From: Octopus sinensis
Taxonomy: Eukaryota
DNA: 64,000 bases
Assembly: GCF_006345805.1 (NCBI RefSeq)
Contig: NC_042997.1
Location: forward strand, 114,204,001-114,268,000
Direction of reading: 5' to 3'
The position numbers and the translations under genes were made by a program. Positions 1 through 12,813 of this stretch are shown here, piece by piece (the first letter of the stretch is position 1; each line of letters starts with the position of its first letter). Under the pieces are notes generated by a model. That model was not told the DNA's origin. It searched no databases and saw only the letters and a list, made by a program, of their open reading frames with translations.

Positions 1-104
1 GCTACAGAATGCTGCCTGTGTACAAGTGGTCCATTTCTGTTATCATCAGAACAGTTGCTACAGAATGTGGTCTGTGTACAAGTGGTCCATTTCTGTTATC
101 GTCT
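1..104. repeat. 56-bp tandem duplication (about 1.9 copies, cut by window start)
   Basis: gctacagaatg..ctgtgtacaagtggtccatttctgttatc starts at 1 and again at 57. Confidence 0.85.
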
Positions 105-1221
105 GTGACCGACCAATCCTATATCACAGCTACTTCTAAGCAACAATAAGTTATTGTACTTCCAGATATTGACGAGAGAACTTTTTAATTTGGCTTTAAG
201 TACTATCTTTTGCTGTTGTTGTAATAATCTTTGCTTTAAGAAATCCACTTTCAAATATGTTTTCAGCTTATTAATGTTATTTTCATTAATTGCTTTCTAG
301 ACCATTAGACCATCTTTTAAAACTTTAAACTCTAATTTAGAACAATGGCGCCAAAATTATTTGGATCTCGATTAATTCCTCTCTCCTCCCCTATTTCTAT
401 TCTATTAATTAAAAACCAGCCTCATGAATAGCAGTCTGAACTACACTCTGGAAGATAACAACTCAAATAAAATTCAATTGAGTAACAATTAATTTCACAA
501 TCTATTCCAAATGCTATTAATCACCTAATAATCCCACCCCACCCCACTTCTTTAAGATGAAGAAAATCACTCATTTAGATGATGTCCATTTAGGGTCATA
601 CAATTCTTCGTCAAGTAATTATTTATAAAACTGTGACCTTCCTCAACTCCAATAGTTTGGGCTGGACAGAACCATTATTTTCAGTCATGTTGCTTCCAGT
701 TTGTCTGTCTGCCTGTTGGATATTTCAGTGGCATATTGGTAATGAAACACCAGTGGTAATAATTAATCAATTTTTACTCCATGAATTCATTAATTTTTAT
801 GTCTGTTTTTCTGTGCTAGCTTGGACTAGATGAAGAAGATATTGTTTTAGCGGCATTGTTTTATGTCCTCCTTATTGCTAGCCCTTACCTGTTTTTTTTT
901 CAACCACTTTCCCAATTGCAAAGATGGCAAATAATTTGTTGTCAGGAGAATGAACAACTTTGTTGCTTGTTGCTCAGATTTTGGGAGGTGAGTAAATGTG
1001 TAAACACACATGCATGCATGTGGTAGGCTTCTTTCAGTTTCTCTCTACCAAATGCACTAACAAGGCTTTGGTCAGCTAAGGACTGTAGAAGACATATGCT
1101 GAAGGTGTTGTGCAGTGATTGAACACGAAGTCATGTGGCTGGAAAGTGAACTTGACTATGCAGTTATGCCTGTACTCCTCTGCCTTCTCCTCTCTCTCTC
1201 ATATATACTTATGTACATATA

Positions 1222-1612
1222 TCTATATATGTAAAGCTGAAGTTGTCTGTGCATGGTAGGTTTGGTAGCCTTCAACTAACACTATCTCCTCCGAGACCCT
1301 GCGGTGTAAGTTGACCAAAATTGAGAGTATGATAGAAGAAGGCTTGCTCTTCATTCCGTAGAAGATAAAATTCAAATCGGACCATGTTAAGACCAAAAAT
1401 TATTTACATCAAAAAGGTGCTTTTTTTTCAATGAAATGCCCTAGTTTTTACGATTTTCTAACTGCTGTGTCGCCATTTTTTGGTGTATTTCAACCAGAAA
1501 AATGTTCACTTTAAGAGAATAACAAGCTACTTAATGCAAATTTTTTACTTTTCAAAAATTCCAATTCTAAAGGATCGAAACAAACCCGAGTAATGCCGGG
1601 CGATACTGCTAG
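1222..1612 (+). mobile_element. Non-autonomous Helitron-type element
   Basis: A|TCTATATATGTAAAG 5' end, subterminal hairpin CCCGAGTAATGCCGGG (1585-1600), CTAG|T 3' end; inserted between A and T with no TSD. Confidence 0.7.
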
Positions 1613-1790
<178 letters not shown>

Positions 1791-1797
1791 TATGTAA

Positions 1798-1930
1798 AGT
1801 GGTTGGCATTAGGGAGGGCATTCAGCTGTTGAAACCATGCCAAAGCAGACAATTGGGGTTTGGTGCAGCTCCTGTCAAACCGTCCAACCCATACCAGCAT
1901 GAACAACAGACATTACATGATGATGATGAT
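1798..1930 (+). mobile_element. Family C (RTE-related) 3' end with (GAT)n tail
   Basis: gtggttggcattagggagggcattcagctg...aacccataccagcatg...gatgatgatgat; matches many copies in the window. Confidence 0.75.
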
Positions 1931-2310
1931 ATAAACTAGTTGAGTCAGTTATGCTCAGGTACTGGAGTTCAGGTCTTCAGGAGGTTGGAGAACCAGCCAA
2001 ACGATAATAATTCTTCCCCTGAATGTTAGCAGCTGGCATCCATCAATCTTCTTGAGCAAGGTCTGTAGTACCAAAGGAGATCATTTGAAAGCAGGAGGTG
2101 TAGATATTGTTTCAGCCATTATAAAAATCAAGTCCAATTCATAGAGCATAGCTGAATATTTTTATAAATGGAAACAAATTTAGATGCAAAACAAAAAAAG
2201 ATTAGGTTCTACTGCCTGTGGTTGTGAAACTGCATGCTAACGTTTTGAAAATGGGGTTTTTAAATGAGGCCTAATAACTACATTGTTACAATATACACTA
2301 TCTATATAGT

Positions 2311-2546
2311 GAAGGCGGCAAGCTGGCAGAAATGTTAGCACGCCGGGCGAAATGCGTAGCCATATTTCGTCTATCTTTACGTTCTGAGTTCAAATTCTGC
2401 CGAGGTCGACTTTGCCTTTCATCCTTTCAGGGTCGATTAACTAAGTACCAGTTACACACTGGGGTCAATGTAATCGATTTAATCCGTTTGTCTGTCCTTG
2501 TTTGTCCCCTATGTGTTTAGCCCCCTGTGGGCAATAAAGAAATAAA
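2311..2546 (+). mobile_element. tRNA-headed SINE family B
   Basis: A-box-like TGGCAGAAATGTTAG, B-box-like GAGTTCAAATTC, body gtcgactttgcctttcatcctttc, A-rich tail; more than 10 similar copies in the window. Confidence 0.85.
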
Positions 2547-2950
2547 TATACACTGTCTATATAGTGTTCACAAGAGAGATAAACAAGTGTGTTTGTGAGT
2601 GGTGGGGAGAGAGGATAGTAACAATTAGCATGAAATACAGAAAGGAAAAAAATCAACCATTCTATTACAACCTCATCTCTCCTTTTGAATCCAGTCTGAT
2701 TTAACCCAGGAGGTCTTTGGTGGAACTAGAGTTATGTGCAAAATCGAGGAAACAGTCATTCAGAAATTGAGGTAGTGTTTCAAGACTAACAGATAAATAT
2801 TGATTTCAAATTTTGAGTGTGAGGCCAACTATTTTGAGGGAGGGGATAAGTTGATTCCATCAACAATCCCAGCATTCACCCTGAAAGGATGAAAGGCAAA
2901 GTTGGCCTTTGAAGAATTTTGAATTCATAACATAAAGACCGATGAAATAC

Positions 2951-3240
2951 CTATTTCTTTACTACCCACAAGGGGCTAAACACAGAGAGGACAAACAAGG
3001 ACAGACAAATGGATTGTCGATTATATCGACCCCAGTGCGTAACTGGTTCTTATTTAATCGATCCCGAAAGGATGAAAGGATCAGACGACCTCGGCGGAAC
3101 TTGAACTCAGAATATAGCGACAGACGAAGAAATACCGTTAAGCATTTCGACGGGCGTGCTAACGTTTCTGCCAACTCACCGATGAAATACCACTAAGCAT
3201 TTTGCCCAATGTGCTTAGGATTCTGCCAGCCTGCCGCCTT
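2951..3240 (-). mobile_element. SINE family B with a duplicated head
   Basis: Reverse complement of the 2311 copy; second head at about 3181-3240. Confidence 0.8.
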
Positions 3241-4037
3241 GCAGATAAATATTAACACTTATAATGTAAGTATGATGCTGTTAAAATTAAGATGATAATA
3301 TGTTTTTGTTTAGTATAATCCTTAAACTTCCTAAGAACAGTAGTTTTGATTACTGCATCATATAGAACACTAACCATTCGGCTTAACTACTTAACTACCA
3401 CTTACGTCAATATCCTCATTATTATAGCACTCGATTAAACATGTGTAGTATAAAAGATCAACACAGTTTATAATGGTTGTAATCACCCCTGTACATATAC
3501 CTTCCCTCTTTGCCATACCCCCTGAAATGCCATCTCACTTTCCATTCCTAGCGGGTGTGGGCACCCCAGGTTGGGAGCCCCTGTTTTAGTTCAATGGGTA
3601 TTATTAAAATTGGTTGCTAAGTGTCTGGTTTATGATTAGCCTAATGACTAACTAACTTCATTGTGTAAGATATCAAATGTAGATGAATGACATTTAACAA
3701 AGAACTTGACAAAACTTTGTCAGTTTTTCTCCTCCATATTTAAGGAATTATTTATCATTGGAAGAATTGTACTGGAAGTTTGTATTGAATGTAGAGGTTG
3801 GTATTTAGAGTAAGTGATCTTAGGTGAGTTTTCACACACTTAAGTACAACAAATGTCATTCTGCAATGAATGGACTGTTGAAATTTGAATAGAGAATGTC
3901 ACAAGTAAAATAAAGCAAGGACAAGGTGTTTAAGAAATGATTTAGTATTTGGATTGTTGATATATGGTGCTCACGTAATCACACTCTGAGACTGTTTAAT
4001 GTGATTGGCAACTGGCTTTATTTGTTTCGTAGAAATA

Positions 4038-4393
4038 TCTCTCTATATATAAACGGCAAATGTCTGTCTGTGTGTGTGTCCTTTATACAAATCCACAATT
4101 TTTCAGTTAGAGGGCTTGGTCATTCAAAACCGTCCAAGGGTGGTCGTGCACATCTTTACATTTCCCCAGTCACCCCACAAAGCCATTAAAAAATCAATAG
4201 AAGTGACTTTTTTGTGAATTTTCTATCCAAAACCCAATCAAAATGCCCAAAACTTGATACGCCAATTGAATGCCAGCTAGCTGTATGTGGTTGGTCGGAA
4301 ATTTGGACAGTACTCGCGTGTATGTGCGCACGCACACAGCTGTATATGCATGCACTAGCACTATGACCCAGCATTGCCGGGTCATAGTGCTAG
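4038..4393 (+). mobile_element. Non-autonomous Helitron-type element, second family
   Basis: A|TCTCTCTATATATAAACGG 5' end; 3' end ...gacccagcattgccgggtcatagtgCTAG|T with a long terminal hairpin. Confidence 0.65.
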
Positions 4394-4447
4394 TGTGTTG
4401 ATAAAATATTTGTTCAAAGGCAGAGACATACCTGTGTGATTCAGGAG

Positions 4448-4790
4448 CTTGCTTCACTACCATGGGGTTTCCAGTTCAGTCCCACTGCTTGGCACCTTGG
4501 TCATGTGCTTTCCAATATAACTCTGGGCCAACCAATGCCTTGTGAGTAAATTGGGTTCACAGGAACTGTGTGGAAGCCCATATATGTGTGTGTTTGTGTT
4601 TCTTTCTGTTTGTATCCACCCTTCCTATCACTTGACAACTGTGTAAGTTTGTTTACATCCCTGTGACTTAATGGCTCAGCAAAAGAAACTGATAGAATAT
4701 GTACCAGACTTGAAACATTATTACTGCAGTGGACTTGAATGAACCCCAGCTTGGCCACAGCCCAATGACTGAAGCAAGTAAAAAACAGAT
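4448..4790 (+). mobile_element. SINE family A (head-truncated)
   Basis: ggttccagttcagtcccact...gcaaaagaaactgatagaat...actgaagcaagtaaaa. Confidence 0.8.
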
Positions 4791-5074
4791 ATTGCTGCCC
4801 TATCAGTGGCTTTGCCTCACATCCAGCATTGACTTGGAATTATAAGCCCTTTATGTTTAGCCCTTTTGATTGCAACCCGTTTTGAGACCAACCCTGAGAT
4901 GTGCCTCTCTTTCTTTTCAATAGAAACCTCCTGCTTTTAAGTGATCTGCTTTTATAATAGCTAAGATATTTTGGTAAATTCTGTGTTATTTTAAAAATTT
5001 ATTGAACAAAAGGCAGTGTATTTCAGCAGAAAAATGGTAATGAATGGGTTGATGATTTTTCTGAAGATGGGCAC

Positions 5075-5526
5075 AGGCATGGCTGTGTGGTAAGAAGTTT
5101 GCTTCCTGACCACATGGTTCTGGGCTCAGTCCCACTGTAAGTGTCTTCTACTATAGCCTAAGGCCAATCAAAGCCTTGTGAATGGATCTAGTAGATGGAA
5201 ACTGAAAGAAGCCCATCATGTGTGTGTGTGCATGTGTGTCCCCCTACCACCGCTTAGCAACTGGTGTTGGTGCTTGCATCCCTATCATTTAGCAATTTGG
5301 CAAAAGAGACCAATAAAATAGGTGTGTTTGACCCTTACTACTGCTTAACAACTTGTGTTGGTGTGTTTACATCCCCATAACTTAGAGGTTCAGCAAAAGA
5401 GACCAATAGAATAAGTACCAGGCTTTGCAAAAAAATTAGTACTGGAGTTGATTTGCTCAACTAAAATTCTTTAAAGCAGTGCCCCAGCATGGCCACAGTT
5501 TGATGACTAAAACAAGTAAAAGACAA
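5075..5526 (+). mobile_element. SINE family A
   Basis: Head ggctgtgtggtaagaag...ggctcagtccc, central (TG)n, tail gatgactaaaacaagtaaaag. Confidence 0.8.
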
Positions 5527-5652
5527 AACTTTTCCATCTAAGCACATCTCATTCGATGGCAGTTAAGACCCACTCTTCTCTCCAAAAATGTCTCAAAAAG
5601 TTTCCCATGGTCCTGCATGTCAAGTGGAACCCATATGCTAATATTGCATGCT

Positions 5653-6304
5653 TTAACCCATTAAGTCCCAGAGCACTTAAATTTCTGAATATTACATTAA
5701 AATTTTTACAGATGATTGAAAATAGGTTAAAATGAAAAAATTAATCCTTTACTTCAAGTAGAAATCGAAATACTTGGTGTCCTATAAATAGGACACTGAG
5801 ACAATGTGATATAGATTATTTAATAGTAAAGATTGTTTGCCAACATAACATGGCAGTCCTGGTTTAGGACGAATGTTGCTGTAATTTATTTAGCCCCAGG
5901 AGACATCTTCTCCAGCTGGCTAAACGACACGATCTGTGTCCTTATATTTTCAAACAAGGGAATCTAGGACCCCCACTCAGCTCTAAACAATATCTGTGTA
6001 TCGCGATGTCCGGGTTATTTCCCTTCATCAGCACAGAATAATTGTTCAGCTGCTAAATTCCCGTTCGAAATATATAGTTTTCAAAGTGACAACTAGTCAC
6101 TGATTTATAAATTAGAAAATTACTATTACAGCAACATTTGTCCTAAAGCAGGACTGCCATGGTATATTGGCAAACAATCTTTACTACAAAGTACTGTTGC
6201 TGAATATCTCATGTTGTGAGATTTAAGAATAGTAATTTTCTAGCTTATTTAATGTTTTCATTTAGTGTCCTATTTATAGGACAGTGGGACCTAATGGGTT
6301 TTAA
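5653..6304. mobile_element. TTAA/piggyBac-type MITE with long internal inverted repeats
   Basis: TTAA-CCCATTAAGTCCCA ... TGGGACCTAATGGG-TTTTAA ends; inverted gtcctataaataggac boxes; about 57-bp inverted arms at 5828-5885 and 6127-6183. Confidence 0.7.
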
Positions 6305-6432
6305 TGCACTAAACACATTTCACTGGTTTAGTTCTGCTGAAATTGAGGTGTGTCTTAACCCCATGACAACAGTTTTTTATTAGGTAACTGGGTTGCACTG
6401 AAGGTAGCCCTCTCAGCTGAGATCAGCAATTA

Positions 6433-6482
6433 GTGCACGACGTTTCGGCATATATTTAGGTTCACCACTTCAAAGCATGCAC
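6433..6482 (-). ncRNA. Degenerate minimal type I hammerhead-like motif (Penelope-like remnant)
   Basis: Minus strand GUGCAU-GCUUUGAAGU-GGU..GCC-GAAAC-GUC-GUGCAC: helix I 6 bp, helix II 3 bp, GAAACGUC intact, CUGAAGA core damaged. Confidence 0.45.
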
Positions 6483-7262
6483 TGATTACTTATGTAAACT
6501 GTCATCACTGCAAAGACCATAAATTCAACAAGACTAGCATGGATGGATTTGACTGTAAATTCCGTGAAGGACCAGAAGAATTTGCTGAACGTGTACAAAT
6601 TTGATAGGAAGTCATAGTGGAAATGGTGGTGCAACCACCAAAACTGCTGCTTTTATACAATTATGGTGATGAGGTCTTGAACTGAGTTGGAAATAATTAC
6701 ATGAAGAGTCTAACAAACCTATCAGATTCCTTGAAATTTGCATGGTGGCCCCTATTATCGATTCTGTGAGTGATAGTGGATATTTATATCAACTGATACA
6801 CAAATGAGTACAAAACTGCAGCAGATAGGGCTGCGTAGATTTGCGTTTTCTGTTCCAAAGTGAGTACACAGTGCACACAAATTTACTTCAACGGGTGTTA
6901 TGGGGTTAATATGCCTGTGTATTTTATGCCATTGTCATGAGTGTGTTAGGTGGATGTTCTGTTGTGATGACAGGATGAGTAGATGAATGAAAATGTATTT
7001 CTTTGGCTGCATGAGGAAGATTTTATTACTGTACACAGGTAACCTGTGTTGGTCTTTTACAACAGCAATAATTATATACTGGGTGAGACATACTGATTGG
7101 AGTTTATGGCAAGCTTATTGATACAGCAACATGTGGATGGCCTGACACAACTGGAAACAATTGTGCCATATTCTTGGTGACGGAGATTCATGTTATCCAT
7201 CTGCCATCTATCTTAACTGTCTTCCTGGATCTTCTGGCTGTGGCAAGAATAGAGACACATTT

Positions 7263-7497
7263 AAGGTGGCGAGCTGGCAGAAATGTTAGCACGCCAGGCG
7301 AAATGCTTAGTGGTATTTTGTCTGCCATTATGGTCTGAGTCCAAATTCCGCCGAGGTCAACTTTGCCTTTCATTCTTTCGGGGTCGATAAATTAAGTACC
7401 AGTTGCCCACTGGAGTCAATGTAATTGACTTAATCCCTTTGTCTGTCCTTGTTTGTCCCCTCTATGTTTAGCCCCTTGTGGGCAATAAAGAAACAAG
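7263..7497 (+). mobile_element. SINE family B
   Basis: Full head-body-tail match to the 2311 copy. Confidence 0.85.
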
Positions 7498-8039
7498 AAT
7501 AGAGACACATTTAGTGTAATTAAAAAATATATATTTGATTCCACTTACTGTCAAATTTAATTGACATATTGGAAAATTTTAGTAATTAAGAAATTGTAAA
7601 CATCTCGTAATTTCATATGCAAAAAAAAAAAAAATATTAATTTAATGATTGCTTTAATAAGGATTTCATTAATGACAAGCTACCTTTAAGTAATCTAATG
7701 AGAAAGTTGCAACAACATGATAGAGATAGCAGCCATATCTATTCCTTGTTACCTCTCTACTAACCTTTTTGATATCAACACACCTGAATCTGCCTCTGAG
7801 ACTGCTCCTGGTCCTTTATTTTAAAGTGATCTAAATTTAAGCCTTCCATCAAAATTTCATGTTAAATTTATGTTCCAAACTCCAGCTTAATTGTGATAAA
7901 GTTATTTTACTAAATTCTTCATTGTTTTCATAATTAATTGAAACGAAGATGGTGTATCTTAACAGAAATACCGTAACAAAAGTCCTCCACCAACGACCTT
8001 CTTACACACCATAACAAAACCAAGAAACAGGCTACCTCA

Positions 8040-8368
8040 TGGCAAGGTAATATTACCCCATGGCCAGATTTGCTTTTCAGAAATGATTAGAAATGACCCA
8101 TGCCTGCTTGTTTACAACCATCATGTGATGTCAAGACAAGGGGACACATACGGGGACACACTCACACACTGGACACACACATACGGACACCCACATCTAC
8201 AACCATCATGTGATGTCAAAACAAGGACACACACACACACGTAGACACATGGACACTCACATGGAGACACATGCACAGAGAGGATTGTATGACTAATATT
8301 TGTTTACAACCATGTGATATCAAAACAAGGGGACACACACACACACGGATGCACACACATGGACGAGT

Positions 8369-8416
<48 letters not shown>

Positions 8417-8520
8417 GCTTTTATGCAGTTTCTGTCTACCAGATTCACTCACAAAGTATTGGTTGGGCCAGGGCTACATAGTAGAAGACATTTGCTCAAG
8501 GTGCTGCTTAGCGAGACAGC
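8040..8520 (-). mobile_element. SINE with family A head, microsatellite middle and tail I; tail-start segment triplicated
   Basis: tacaaccatcatgtgatgtcaa..acaagg occurs three times between about 8114 and 8330; A-type head near 8420-8520. Confidence 0.65.
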
Positions 8521-8784
8521 CTGAACTTGAAACCAAATTGCTGCAAAATGAGCTTCTTAACCCCACAGACATTCCTGAAAATTTTCAGGTGGTCTGGGAG
8601 ACAAAATGGAATATGAAGAAAGATGATGAAAGGCACCAGTTGAGAACAGCAGAGTAAATATGGATTGAGGAGTGGGGGTTGCAATGAATTGAACAAAATG
8701 CTGTAAATCAGTGGGTGTCAACTGGGGTCCATATGACATCTGGGGATTCGTATAAAGATTTTTGGCACCCATGGTCAATGCCAA

Positions 8785-8993
8785 GCCCTCCTGACTGGCT
8801 CCTCTGCTGGTGGCACATAAAGAACACCCACTATACTCTGCTGAGTGTTTGGCGTTAGGAAGAGCATCCAGCTGTAGAAACGTTGCCAGATCAGATTGGA
8901 GCCTGGTGCAGCCTCCTGGCTTGCCAGTCCCCAGTCAAACTGTTCAAACCATGCCAGCATGAGAAGCGGATGTTAAGCAATGATGATGATGAG
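8785..8993 (+). mobile_element. Family C (RTE-related) 3' end
   Basis: ggtggcacataaagaacacccactatactctgctgagtgtttggcgttaggaagagcatccagc...atgatgatgatga. Confidence 0.8.
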
Positions 8994-9509
8994 AGGTCAC
9001 CATTGGGATGAGGATTTACCTGTGAAACACTTTCATGTTCTTGCAACACTCATGTGGAAATTATTGGATGTTAATACCCTACCCCCTCTCTCTTCTACAA
9101 AACACAAAGAAACAAAAAAAAAAGCAAGTGTGATAAAGGTGTTGCTCATATTGAGTCAAACAATGAAAGTAAATCTCGTTTTTTTTTGTTTTTTGTCGTT
9201 CCAAACTGCAGCCACATTAGCAAACAATTTCGTTTTATGACTAACAAACGTGGATCAGAAGATGAATAATTCAATGAAATAGTCTACATCTTAATAATTT
9301 AATAATCAGTATTATGAGTTAACCAAGTACGGTTTCTGTACAATTCATGAGTCATTAGGATTGTCAACCTGTTGTCTCAGGGATTGACAGTTCAAGCCCA
9401 AACACTGATATATTGTGTCCCTAGACCATGGGCACTCATTTGTGATGGCCCTGTTCATTTGGCTGTAGTTAGGCAGGATACACCTTACTGCTTTTAGTAA
9501 TGTTCTTTC

Positions 9510-10107
9510 ATCTTATGCTTCTGTCATTAAACTGTGACCATGCTGGGGCACCACCTTGTATGAATTGACCCCAGCTCTTTTTTTTTTTTAAACCTGGTAC
9601 TTATTCTGTCGGTCTCTTTTGCTGAACTGCTAAGTTACTTGGACATAAAGAAACCAACACTTTTTGTCAAAGCAGTGTAGCAGTGGGGGACGCACGCACA
9701 GACACACCCACACAACTGACTTCTTTCAGTTTACTTCTACAAAATCCACCCACAAGGCTTGGATCTTTTCACTTTGACCGGCAGATTTTAAAAATAATTT
9801 CTTTGTAACTAAACACTTTTAAACTTCGTATACTGGTAGAATGTGCTACATAAAACATCTTTTTCTCTTGGCTTTCTTGAGAAAATTCTGTAGTTTGTAA
9901 GCTATTTGTTGTTAAATTTCTTGCATTTTGGCAATTTCAAGCAATCAAAGCCTTGATCAGTCTGAAGCTACAGTACAAGACACTTACTTGCACCTCCCAG
10001 CACCCCCCCCCCATTACCAAGGTGCCACACAGTGAGACTGAACACGGAACCATGTGGTTTGGAAGCAAGCTTCTTACCACACAGCCACACACCAGTGCCT
10101 AGCCATG
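9510..10107 (-). mobile_element. SINE family A interrupted by an unclassified insertion of about 180 bp (about 9767-9945)
   Basis: A tail, middle and head in reverse complement; insert bounded by imperfect duplicate caaggcttggatc / caaagccttgatc. Confidence 0.65.
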
Positions 10108-10511
10108 CAGTGAGTTTGAGTAACAGCAATAATGACTTATGACTTCTTGTAGTCTTTAGTAGGCTTAGCTTTTTCTGTGCTGGTCTTGGTATTTCAGACC
10201 AAGAAAATACTTTCCTGTGTACAACAGCCAGTCGTTTCTATGTAGCAGGATGTATTTCTTCTCGAGGCACAGCTGAAGCACCTGAGTCAGAGACATGTTG
10301 CACAGGTGACACTGAATCACTGAACCTTCAGTTGTCTGGTGCCTTATTGATTCAGGAGCAGAGTGCACTGTTATTCCTCTGAATCACTCAGCTTTTAGCT
10401 ACTTGTATGGTACACATCTGTCTGGTTTCTGACTCAGGGATGCAATACCATATCAACCCTTTCATTACTGTATTTATTTTGAGATGTTCTCTGTTTCTTT
10501 CAATTACTTTA

Positions 10512-10865
10512 AATCATCATCATTTAATGTCCGTTTTCAATGCTAGCATGGGTTGGACAGTTCGACCGGGGTCTGGTAAGCCATGGAGGCTGCACCAGGC
10601 TCCAGTCTGATGTGGTAGTGTTTCTACAGATGGATGCCCTTCCTAACGCCAACCACTCTTTTTACGTATCACCGGCACGAGTGTCTTAACTACAATTTCC
10701 ATTTGATTTTTATTTTGATGTTGGTGTTGACGTACTTGACTCAATAGGTCTCCTCAAGAACACCGGGTCACTATACGATCGAAGGTTAGCACAGCAGGCC
10801 ATCCTGCGAGCCATGAACTTACTTCATTTGTCGGGTCTTCAGTCACAGCATATCTCAGGAGTCTC
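10512..10865 (-). mobile_element. Longer 5'-truncated family C copy reaching a decayed ORF C-terminus
   Basis: (CAT)n tail on +; the 5' part on - reads roughly L-R-Y-A-V-x-K-T-R-Q-M-K-stop across a frameshift. Confidence 0.65.
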
Positions 10866-10877
10866 AGTCTTCGTCAT

Positions 10878-11049
10878 TTTTAAATATAACAAAGAATTTA
10901 GTAAAATAACTTAGTTATCATTAAGCTAGTGTTAGGAACATAAATTGTGACAAAGGTTTGGTGGAAGATTTTAATTCAAAACTTATGTAAACAAAACATT
11001 TGTACTCAGTCAGAGCCAGTTTCAGCCGGGTTGGTAACGAAAAGGTTAA
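10878..11049. mobile_element. TTAA/piggyBac-type MITE family H, left-truncated
   Basis: Ends ggttggtaacgaaaaggTTAA; body matches the 19432, 38258 and 59249 copies. Confidence 0.85.
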
Positions 11050-12329
11050 TGACTGTTTGGATCACTGAGCTTTTAGTTACTTGTATAGGACTGAACTATT
11101 GGCTTTCTGCAAAGTTATAAGAGAAGTTTTTGTAGTTTACAAAATTTCTAGCTTACAGAATTAAAATATAATCCTACCCCTGCCAAGGGCCCAGATCTAT
11201 GAGAGTGTAGTATTCTATCTAATTGTAGAAAAGCTTTTAATTTATGAAAGGGACAAGCCAGCACATTACAACACCCTCAAAGGTGGTGGATTTAAAGACA
11301 AATTAAGTCATGAAAATGCCAGTAACAAGTCTAGAACACAAAATTCTTGTGTACAGGGTAGGGTGAAGTCACAAATGAGAACATTCAAGTAAGTGTATAA
11401 CAATAGTATAGTTATTCTATGACTTGACTTGTCTCTGAAGCTGATATTGTCGTTTAGCCCCAGGAAGTCAACCATGATTGAGCTGACATATGATTAAAGT
11501 TGTTTCAGATGTGGCCTTGGCAATTTTCTAAGCTTTATCTTAGACGACTTTATGTAATGCATCTTTCTTATTAAAAAAAGAAAAGATGATTTGCTTGCTA
11601 TATCTAGCAGGTCCCGAGAACACGTAATAGCTCCTTACTGGTTTATATGAAGGGTAGACAAGGGAAGTAACTTTAAATTCGTAGCAGCTGTGTTGTTTGG
11701 CAGGAAGTAAGGGGCAAGGCCTAGATATATATATATATGTATATATGCATATGATGATTCACTCAATTATGAAGTCTATTTCGAAATATGTTAAGTTGTT
11801 TTGAACAGGATATAATTATGGAAGGAAATGGAGGTGTATATCTATTGAAGTGGTTGAATGTAGTCCAAGTGTGTGTGTATGTCTGAGAAAGAGAGAGAGG
11901 GAAGTAATACTATTAAACTGCCTCAACTATCTTCTCATTGTAACAGTGAGAATTTCATAATATTCTAACTGTTTCTGAATGGCATGGTTGGATTGGTAGA
12001 GGAAAGACTGTTGAGTGCTTAGTTGTTGTTTAATTCCGAGTCATTTCTGATCAAGCTATAATCGAAGGTATTCCAGCCAGGACCATCCTACCTAATTTTT
12101 AACATGCTGTACCCCAGTTTATATAATGTAGCATACCCTTTTTTTCTAAACTGTGGAGAGTGATTTGGTTGTTATTTCTAGCAGGTTGAGTGACTTTGTA
12201 GAGGCTCTTTTGTCAGCTCACAGTTTTGTCTGTGTTTTTATTTCAAATTCTGCTGTTAGTACCTCTGCTTTTTCATCTTTTTGGGGCCAATAAAACTAAA
12301 ACCCCAGTAATTTCATCATTACATGTGCA

Positions 12330-12555
12330 TCCATGTCACACAATGGTTGTAAACAAGCATCCCCACCATACAAGTTGTGTTGTTCATTTTTCAGTCTTTT
12401 GTGAAACGTTTGGCCATGAGGAAATATTACCTTGCTTGGAAAGAAGTGAGTGTTGGTGATAGGAAGAGCATCCAGCCAAAAAAAATTTGGCTCAACAAAT
12501 TCTGTCTAATCTGTGCAAGCATCAAAAAATGGGTGTTAAAACAATGAAGATTATG
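12330..12555 (+). mobile_element. Tail I element (RTE-like 3' end)
   Basis: atggttgtaaacaagc...ttggtgataggaagagcatccagcc...aatgaagat; similar to 50690-50885. Confidence 0.6.
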
Positions 12556-12578
12556 ATATATATGAAAGGTGTCTTTCA

Positions 12579-12813
12579 CTTATTTCTTTATTGCCCACAA
12601 GGGGATAAACACAGAGGGGACAAACAAAGACAGACAAAGGGATTAAGTCGATTTACATCGACCCCAGTGCGTAACTGGTACTTAATTTATCGACCCCGAA
12701 AGGATGAAAGGCAAAGTCGACCTTGGCGGAATTTGAACTCAGAACATAACGGCAGACGAAATACCGCTAAGCACTTCGCCTGGCGTGCTAACGTTTCTGC
12801 CAGCTTGCCACAT
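12579..12813 (-). mobile_element. SINE family B, well conserved copy
   Basis: CpG-rich reverse complement of the family B consensus. Confidence 0.85.
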
